Positions 33,841 to 39,956 of a stretch of 39,956 nucleotides of DNA are shown in pieces. The notes below the pieces were generated by a model, which saw nothing but the letters and a program-made list of their open reading frames with translations, made no database searches and had not been told where the DNA came from. Source of the stretch: Burkholderiales bacterium (GTDB lineage: Bacteria; Vulcanimicrobiota; Xenobia; Xenobiales; Xenobiaceae); the NCBI GenBank assembly GCA_012799975.1, contig JAAZKF010000342.1:1-39956 (forward strand). The letters are read 5' to 3'. The first letter of the stretch is position 1. Each line of letters opens with the position of its first letter. The position numbers and the translations under genes were made by a program.

Positions 33841-35492
33841 ACGCGGACCGATTGCATGACCCTGCCGCCGTTCGCAAGGCCCGGGGTGCCTTCTTTACCC
33901 CACCTGAGCTCTGCGCCTTTGTGGCTCGTTGGGCGATCCGGAGCTCAGCGGACCGTGTGCTCGAACCTTCGTGCGGGGAGGCGGCCTTTCTGTTGGCTTG
34001 CGGAGAATGCCTCCGGGCCTTCGGGTCTGGTGCCCCGGACGAGCGGCAACTTACAGGAATCGAACTGCACCAGGAGTCTGCTGATCGCGCCCGGGCACGT
34101 CTGGCCGAGAACCTGCTGCCGGCAACCGTGACGGTCGCGAACTTCTTCGACTGCGAAGCCTCCGGGAGGCCCTATGATGTGGTCACCGGCAACCCGCCCT
34201 ACGTCCGCTACCAATGGTTCAGGGGAGAGGACCGCAGAAAGGCCCGGGAGGCGGCCCTTGTCCAAGGGGTGCGGGTCAGCGGTCTGGCCAGTTCCTGGGC
34301 CGCCTTCGTGGTGCAGGCAACCAGCTTCCTCGCTCCGGAAGGCCGGATGGGCCTCGTACTGCCGGCAGAGCTCCTGACGGTCAACTACGCGGCTCCCATT
34401 CGAGAGTTCCTGCTCAGGAGGTTCTCGCAAGTCCGACTGATTCTTTTCGAGAAACTCGTCTTCCCGGGCGTGCTCGAGGAAGTCGTCCTTCTTCTGGCCG
34501 AGGGCCAGGGCCCCACCGCTCACTTCGAACTCTGTCAGGTTCAGGGGCTCGAGGATCTGCTGCAGATGCGCATTGTCCCGAGCAGGTGGGCCCCGGAGAC
34601 TCCTTCCGAGAAGTGGACCGGAGCCCTGATTTCAAGAGAAGCTGCTGACCGCTGCCGTTCCGCGCTGGACCAAGGCATCTTTCAGCCACTGCTGGATTGG
34701 GGTGAGACCTATCTCGGCATGGTGACGGGCAACAACAGGTATTTCACGCTGTCAGCCGCCGAAGCCAAGTCGCTCAAACTGCCGAGCAAGGACCTGATTC
34801 CCATCTCACCACCGGGCTCGCGACATCTCAGGGGCCTCAGCTTCTCCCGCGTCGCCTGGGAGGAGATGGTTGAGGGTGATTTTCGCGTCTTCCTCTTCCG
34901 CCCTGAATCCGGGGAACCGAAAGGGGCGGCCGCAGCCTATATCCGGAAAGGTGAGAAGGAGAAGGTCCACTCCGCCTACAAGTGCCGGGTCCGCAGCCCG
35001 TGGTGGCGGGTTCCCGTCGTCCCTACGCCGCATCTCTTCCTCACCTACATGAACCACGACACGCCGAGGTTGGTTGGTAATCCCGACGGTTTCTGGTTCC
35101 TGAACTCGATCCACGGGGTAGGGCTCCACCCGGACCGGGTGGAAATCGGGTCTGAGGTGCTACCGGTCGCTGCCCTGAACAGCCTCACCCTCCTGGCAGC
35201 GGAGCTCGTCGGCCGTTCATATGGTGGCGGCATGCTCAAAATCGAGCCCAAGGAGGCCGACCAGCTCTCAGTTCCTTCAGCCGCCCTCCTGCAAGCGTCG
35301 CGGGAGGACCTTCTCGACTTGCGCCCACAACTTTCTGAAGCGCTTCGAGGCGGGGATCTGCCAGGCGCAGTCCAACTGGTAGACCGGGTCCTGCTTCTCC
35401 AGCATGCTGGATTCCAAGAGCGCGATTTGACGGCTCTCCAGAAGGCTCGCGAGCATCTTTTTTCACGTCGGGCAGCACGAGGCGATGGTTGA
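33837..35492 (+). CDS. Gamma-class N6-adenine DNA methyltransferase (Eco57I/TaqI-like) with a C-terminal target-recognition domain
   Basis: Start at ATG 33837 (ATGA overlap with the PPTase stop). FFTPPELCAFV, SAM motif I VLEPSCGEAAF, and catalytic motif IV VVTGNPPYVRYQ are present. The C-terminal half (LGMVTGNNRYF...SPWWRV...LNSIHGV...GRSYGGGMLKIEPKEADQLSVP) resembles the TaqI-like specificity domain. No nuclease domain or partner ORF is visible. Confidence 0.82.
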   Translation: MNADRLHDPAAVRKARGAFFTPPELCAFVARWAIRSSADRVLEPSCGEAAFLLACGECLRAFGSGAPDERQLTGIELHQESADRARARLAENLLPATVTVANFFDCEASGRPYDVVTGNPPYVRYQWFRGEDRRKAREAALVQGVRVSGLASSWAAFVVQATSFLAPEGRMGLVLPAELLTVNYAAPIREFLLRRFSQVRLILFEKLVFPGVLEEVVLLLAEGQGPTAHFELCQVQGLEDLLQMRIVPSRWAPETPSEKWTGALISREAADRCRSALDQGIFQPLLDWGETYLGMVTGNNRYFTLSAAEAKSLKLPSKDLIPISPPGSRHLRGLSFSRVAWEEMVEGDFRVFLFRPESGEPKGAAAAYIRKGEKEKVHSAYKCRVRSPWWRVPVVPTPHLFLTYMNHDTPRLVGNPDGFWFLNSIHGVGLHPDRVEIGSEVLPVAALNSLTLLAAELVGRSYGGGMLKIEPKEADQLSVPSAALLQASREDLLDLRPQLSEALRGGDLPGAVQLVDRVLLLQHAGFQERDLTALQKAREHLFSRRAARGDG

Positions 35493-35858
35493 ATGAGTAG
35501 AAGCCGGCACCGCAGCGACCGGATTTTGCCGTGACCGCAGCCATGATGCCCGCTGCAGGAGAAGAGCGCCACCCTCCCGGAGCAGATATCCAGCCCGCTT
35601 CTGCGAGGCCCTGCCGGCCTGATGCCAGTCCACCTCCGCTACTCCGAGGATCCTGGCCGGACAGAGAGAATCCCAGGCCCTGGACCCGGTAGGGAAAACC
35701 AACCAGCATCGTCTAGGTTTTCCCCCGCAAGAGCAAAAAAGTTGCGGTTTGCCTTGAGGCAAGTCATACTGCTTGCGACACAGAGGAGAGGGAAAGGCCG
35801 GCGAGGCAACCCGGGGGGTCCGGGCCAGGTTCCCAGATCCTGGAAAACGAGGTAGAGG

Positions 35859-36953
35859 ATGAGCGTGGAGACCCCGACCGGCAAACCCCTGGAACTCTCT
35901 GATCTGCTGGTGACCATGGTCCAGAGGGAGGCCTCCGACCTCCATCTGGGAGTTGGTTTCGCCCCATCGATCCGGGTGGACGGAAAGCTCTCTGCCCTGG
36001 AAGGGTACGCCCCCCTCAATCAGAAGGCCTTGGAGGAGCTGCTCCATCCCCACCTCCTCCCCGAACAGCACGAGACCCTGAAGACGACCCGCGAGCTGGA
36101 CTTCTCCTACTCGCTCCCCGGCGTCTCGAGGTTCCGGGGCAATCTCCTGTGGCAACGCGGCACGCTGGGCGCGGTCTTCCGGAGTATCCCCACCCAACCG
36201 TTGAGCATCGACGAACTGGGACTGCCCCCGATCATCAAGATACTGGCGACCCGCCCCCGGGGATTGGTTCTGGTGACCGGCCCTACCGGAAGCGGCAAGT
36301 CGACTACGCTGGCCGCGATGATCGACTACATCAACAACAGATCCTCCTACCACGTAGTCACCATCGAGGACCCCATCGAGTTCCTGCATCGCAACAAGAA
36401 ATGCATCATCCGCCAGCGGGAACTGGGTTCGGACACCAGGTCCTTTGCTGCGGCCCTCAAACACGTCCTGCGCCAGGATCCCGACGTGATCCTGGTCGGC
36501 GAGATGCGCGACCTGGAGACCATCTCCCTGGCCGTCACGGCGGCGGAGACCGGTCACCTGGTGCTGGCGACCCTGCACACCACCTCGGCCACCAGCACGG
36601 TGGACCGCATCATCGACGTGTTTCCGGCGGCCCAGCAACAGCAGATCCGGATGCAGTTGTCGGCCACGCTCCAAGGCGTGGTGGCCCAGGTGCTCATACC
36701 CCGGGTCGGGGGACGTGGACGAGAGTGTGCGATGGAGGTCCTGGTGGGCAGCGGCGCGGTCCGCAACATGATCCGCGAGGGCAAGACGCACCTGTTGAAC
36801 AACCTGCTGGCTTCAGGCGGCAACGTTGGTATGCAGACCCTCAATCAGTCCCTCAAGGTCCTGGTCGAGAAGGGCCTGGTCGGACTGCCCGAGGCGCTGG
36901 AGAAATCAAACGACACCGCCGAGCTCCAAAGCCTGGTCCAGAACCGATACTAG
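35859..36953 (+). CDS. pilT: Type IV pilus retraction ATPase PilT
   Basis: Walker A GPTGSGKST, Walker B ILVGEMRD, His box LVLATLHT, and the PilT signature AVRNMIREGK are present. 364 aa. Confidence 0.92.
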   Translation: MSVETPTGKPLELSDLLVTMVQREASDLHLGVGFAPSIRVDGKLSALEGYAPLNQKALEELLHPHLLPEQHETLKTTRELDFSYSLPGVSRFRGNLLWQRGTLGAVFRSIPTQPLSIDELGLPPIIKILATRPRGLVLVTGPTGSGKSTTLAAMIDYINNRSSYHVVTIEDPIEFLHRNKKCIIRQRELGSDTRSFAAALKHVLRQDPDVILVGEMRDLETISLAVTAAETGHLVLATLHTTSATSTVDRIIDVFPAAQQQQIRMQLSATLQGVVAQVLIPRVGGRGRECAMEVLVGSGAVRNMIREGKTHLLNNLLASGGNVGMQTLNQSLKVLVEKGLVGLPEALEKSNDTAELQSLVQNRY

Positions 36954-37109
36954 AAACAGAAACACCGAAAGGGATGGCCCCCTGTGCTGTCCTCTCGACG
37001 AGTAATCCGACAAGCCAGGAGGAGCCGGCGGAAACCCTCTACCAACAGCCCGGGCCGCTTCACGCTGGCCTGCGTCCAGTCCCGGACAGGCGTCAAATCG
37101 CCTCAGGCT

Positions 37110-38153
37110 TCAGCGTTCCAGACCCGCCGTCCGCAGAATCCGCCGGGGCAACTCGGTCTGGTCATAGGTCCCGGTGAATCCACCTGAGCCGGGGCCCTCC
37201 ACGTAGACGGGCACCGGATTCCCCGTATGGCGACTGGTGGAATAGCTCAACTTCACCTGGCGCTGGCTGGGGGTCCCGCTCTCCAGGGTCAGGTTTCCCG
37301 TATCGTGGTCGGCGCTGACCACGACCAGCGTATCTTTCGACTCTTGGGCGAAGCGTCGGCAGACCCCCACCGCCGCATCGAGTTCCAGGACCTGCTGCAG
37401 GCCCGCCTCAGGCAGTTGCTTGTGCCCGGCCTGGTCTATCTGGTCGTGGACCACCACCAGGAAGAAGCCCTTCCTGGCCGGAGCCAGGAAGCTCAAAGCC
37501 CCCTGGACCAGGGAGGAGGTCGTGAGGTAGGAACCCGGCTCAGCGGGCTCATCCACTTCAGGCCTCTCGAAGAATCCCAGCGTCCGTCCCCTGGCCAGGG
37601 TCCCCACCTGCTCGATGCCGTCCAGCAGACGCCATCCCTCAGTTTTGGGGAAATGCTTGCGTCCACCACCCAGGAGCAGATCCAGACGGCTATCCAGAAG
37701 CTGGGCCGCGATCTCCTTCTTGGCGCTACGGTTGGCCACATGGGCCGCGAAACAGGCCGCGGGGACCTGGACCAGACTTCCGGAAGTCACCAGGCCGGTG
37801 GCCTTGCCGGCTGCCTGGGCCTTTTCCAGGATCGTCGGCAGGATGGCCCCGTCCGCGCTGGTCGAGACCCGTCCGTTGGGAACCGAAACCCCGGTGGCCA
37901 GCGCCGTTCCCCCAGCCGCCGAGTCGAGCGGAAGGGTATCGGCGATGGCGGTCCGGAGCAGGCCCGTGACGCTCATCCTCTCCATATGGGTCGGTTCTCC
38001 GGAACGAATGCCAGCAGCAGTAACCAGACCCGGACCCATCCCATCCCCGATGAGCAGGATGACGTTGCGGGGCTTCGCGGGCCCGGGTGCGGCGGCCAGA
38101 AGCAACCCCACCACGAACAGCAGCCCCAGGACCAGACGCTGGATTCGGATCAT
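37110..38153 (-). CDS. Alkaline phosphatase (PhoA family), secreted
   Basis: Signal peptide (RLVLGLLFVVGLLLAAA). Metal-site and nucleophile motifs are present: LLIGDGMG, LDSAAGGTALATG and SADHDTG. The ATG at 38153 is favoured over the track GTG at 38156 because of spacing from the AAGGAGG. Confidence 0.87.
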   Translation of the reverse strand: MIRIQRLVLGLLFVVGLLLAAAPGPAKPRNVILLIGDGMGPGLVTAAGIRSGEPTHMERMSVTGLLRTAIADTLPLDSAAGGTALATGVSVPNGRVSTSADGAILPTILEKAQAAGKATGLVTSGSLVQVPAACFAAHVANRSAKKEIAAQLLDSRLDLLLGGGRKHFPKTEGWRLLDGIEQVGTLARGRTLGFFERPEVDEPAEPGSYLTTSSLVQGALSFLAPARKGFFLVVVHDQIDQAGHKQLPEAGLQQVLELDAAVGVCRRFAQESKDTLVVVSADHDTGNLTLESGTPSQRQVKLSYSTSRHTGNPVPVYVEGPGSGGFTGTYDQTELPRRILRTAGLER

Positions 38154-38248
38154 CACGCCCTCCTTGGGCCCATGCCTGCCGGGCCCGGATGGAGGCGCTT
38201 CGCGTCCGGGGAATAGCTTCCTTCAGGAGCGCAGGTGCCCCCTAGCTG

Positions 38249-39956
38249 CTAGACCTGAACGGTCTCTTCGACGGCCAAGGTGACCTGGACATCAAAGCGA
38301 TCGCCCTCGGCCGGCGTCCCTTCCAGGCACTGGACCTTGGCCCCTTCGGCCGTCCCTGCCAGCAGGACATCCGCCAACACCGGTTCCAGGGCTGCCAGGT
38401 CGCTGGCCGCGCCACGCACGACCAACTCTTCCACCGGCCAGCGCAGCTTCTTCTGGGCCACCGTCTTGGCCTGACGGATCTTGCGCAGGACCTCGACGCC
38501 GCAGGCATAGACCTCGCCCTGTTCGGGCTCGGGTACGGCCAGTTCCTCGACGGTGGGCCAGGGGGAGGTGTGAACCGAACGCTCGCGGCCCTCACCGGCC
38601 ATACGCCAGGACCATACCTCCTCGGTGATATAGGGGAGGAAGGGGGCGAAGAGGCGCAACATGGTCCGCAGGGCCAGATGGAGGGTGGCCATGGCACTGC
38701 GCCTGGCGGGCGTGTCTTCTACCTCGTAGGAGCGGCGCTTGACCAGCTCGACGTAGTCATCGCAGAATTCCCAGAAGTCGCCTTCTATGGCCTGCAGGGC
38801 CAGGGCATATTCAAAGCGCTCAAAGGCCTCGGTGGCCTCTAGGACGATCCGGCGCAGCCGGGAAAGCAGGGCCCGGTCCAGAGGCTCGGTGACATGCTCG
38901 AGAGTCCAGCGGCCCTGCCCCTCGGCATCCCGATCCAGTTGCATCAGCACGAAACGGCTGGCGTTGAAGAGTTTGGTGGCCAGACGCCGTCCGTTGTCGA
39001 AGAGCTTGGAATCGAAGACCGTGTCGGTGCCCAGACGGGCCCGGGCCGCCCAGTAGCGCACCCCGTCGGCCGAATACTCATTCAGGAAGTGGCTCGGGGT
39101 GACCACGTTGCCCTTGGACTTCTCCATCTTCTTGCGGTCCGGGTCCAGGATCCAGCCACTGATCACCACGTGCTTCCAGGGGATGGTTCCCTCATGCATC
39201 CAGGCCTTGACGATGGTGTAGAAGGCCCAGGTGCGGATGATCTCGTGAGACTGGGGCCGGATATCCATGGGGAAGAGCTTGCGGTGGCGTTCGGGATCCC
39301 TTCCCCAACCACTGACGATCTGGGGCGTGAGCGAGGAGGTGGCCCAGGTGTCCATCACGTTCTGGTCGCCTGCGAAGCCACCGGGCTTGTCCCGCTGGGA
39401 TTCGTCGAAGCCGGGAGCCGGCTGCGAGAGCGGGTCGACCGGAAGCATGTCGGGCGTGGCGTAGATCGGGTGGGTGTGATCCACCGTGCCGTCCTCCAGG
39501 ACCGGGTACCACACCGGGAAGGGCACTCCGAAGAAACGCTGACGGCTGATGCACCAGTCATACTGCAGTCCCTCGATCCAATGCTCGATACGGGTTCGCA
39601 TATGCTCAGGATGCCATTGGACTTCCCGGGCCTTGGCCAGCAGGGCCTCCTTGTGTTCGAGAAGGCGTACGAACCACTGCCGGGTGGTGACGAACTCCAG
39701 GGGATATTCGCCCTTCTCATAGTATTTGACGAACTGACTGGTCGGCTTCAACTCGCCCACCAAAGCCCCCACCTCGCGGAGGAGTTCGGCGATCCGGGTC
39801 CGCGCCTGCTTGACGTAGAGACCGGTGAGGCGGGAATGGGCGAGGTTGGCGGCCTCGGGGTCGAGGCTGACGAAGGGTTGCGAACCGAAGTCGACCGATT
39901 GTATCCGCCCGTCGCGCCCGATCAACTGCCGAAATGGCAATTCCGAGCCCCGCCAG
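38249..39956 (-). CDS. valS: Class I aminoacyl-tRNA ligase, most likely valine--tRNA ligase (C-terminal ~568 codons; the 5' end lies beyond the right edge)
   Basis: The frame stays open upstream of the track TTG through to position 39956. DWCISRQRFFGVPFPVWY, KMEKSKGNVV (KMSKS) and YSADGVRYWAARARLGTD...GRRLATKLFNASRF resemble actinobacterial/archaeal-type ValRS. IleRS is not fully excluded by eye. Confidence 0.78.
   Translation of the reverse strand, partial: WRGSELPFRQLIGRDGRIQSVDFGSQPFVSLDPEAANLAHSRLTGLYVKQARTRIAELLREVGALVGELKPTSQFVKYYEKGEYPLEFVTTRQWFVRLLEHKEALLAKAREVQWHPEHMRTRIEHWIEGLQYDWCISRQRFFGVPFPVWYPVLEDGTVDHTHPIYATPDMLPVDPLSQPAPGFDESQRDKPGGFAGDQNVMDTWATSSLTPQIVSGWGRDPERHRKLFPMDIRPQSHEIIRTWAFYTIVKAWMHEGTIPWKHVVISGWILDPDRKKMEKSKGNVVTPSHFLNEYSADGVRYWAARARLGTDTVFDSKLFDNGRRLATKLFNASRFVLMQLDRDAEGQGRWTLEHVTEPLDRALLSRLRRIVLEATEAFERFEYALALQAIEGDFWEFCDDYVELVKRRSYEVEDTPARRSAMATLHLALRTMLRLFAPFLPYITEEVWSWRMAGEGRERSVHTSPWPTVEELAVPEPEQGEVYACGVEVLRKIRQAKTVAQKKLRWPVEELVVRGAASDLAALEPVLADVLLAGTAEGAKVQCLEGTPAEGDRFDVQVTLAVEETVQV

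Noticed and set aside
33837-35858. Possibility that the methyltransferase marks a mobile element or defence island
   Set aside because: No integrase, transposase, nuclease, helicase, flanking direct repeats or obvious compositional shift are visible. The gene is start/stop-coupled to the upstream PPTase. It is reported instead as an unusual operon member.
35463-36791. 442 aa minus-strand ORF opposite pilT. Similar long antisense ORFs occur at 15218-16429, 16293-17666, 20419-21573, 21416-22114, 27009-28055, 9885-10943 and 14359-14991.
   Set aside because: Each is antisense to a gene with unambiguous family motifs (pilT, tal, tkt, mazG, DUF47, the SDR, mqnC/E and XRE). All have biased Gly/Arg/Pro/His composition, and none shows a domain signature.

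Overview
GC-rich bacterial chromosomal window with dense coding. Many long antisense ORFs are artefacts of the base composition. I saw no rRNA, tRNA, CRISPR array, transposase or integrase. GTG/TTG starts and 1-8 nt start/stop overlaps are frequent, so most genes sit in tightly coupled operons.

Layout:
- 1-7400: a carbamoyltransferase fragment, gpsA, then a minus-strand run of tyrS, a cytoplasmic S8 peptidase with a CBM48-like tail, comEA, a GHMP kinase, an S24-like protein and a PilZ-like protein.
- 7962-14244: one long minus-strand operon. It carries a GT2-like gene, a UbiA-type prenyltransferase, a radical-SAM-less MqnC/E paralog, mqnA, mqnC/E, ubiE/menG and anmK (futalosine-route menaquinone synthesis).
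- 14417-14931: a stand-alone XRE regulator with a near-consensus promoter.
- 15014-23481: tal, tkt, a membrane PP2C phosphatase, a parvulin PPIase, mazG, a DUF47 protein and eno.
- 23564-25929: a four-gene operon of uncharacterised families (DUF5320, DUF134, DUF364, DUF4405).
- 26287-35492: an 11-gene translationally coupled cassette. It encodes a complete type II fatty-acid-synthase-like cycle (FabD, an atypical enoyl-reductase-like SDR, FabH, FabA, FabG, FabZ-like, KAS I/II), a divergent ACP, a PlsC-type acyltransferase, a PPTase and, unexpectedly, a gamma-class N6-adenine DNA methyltransferase.
- 35859-39956: pilT, an alkaline phosphatase and a partial valS.

The best candidates for undescribed biology are the self-contained lipid cassette with its coupled methyltransferase, the DUF5320/DUF134/DUF364/DUF4405 operon with shared Gly/His/Arg tracts, and the cluster-less MqnC/E paralog inside the menaquinone operon. 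All family assignments come from motif recognition by eye. No database search was run.
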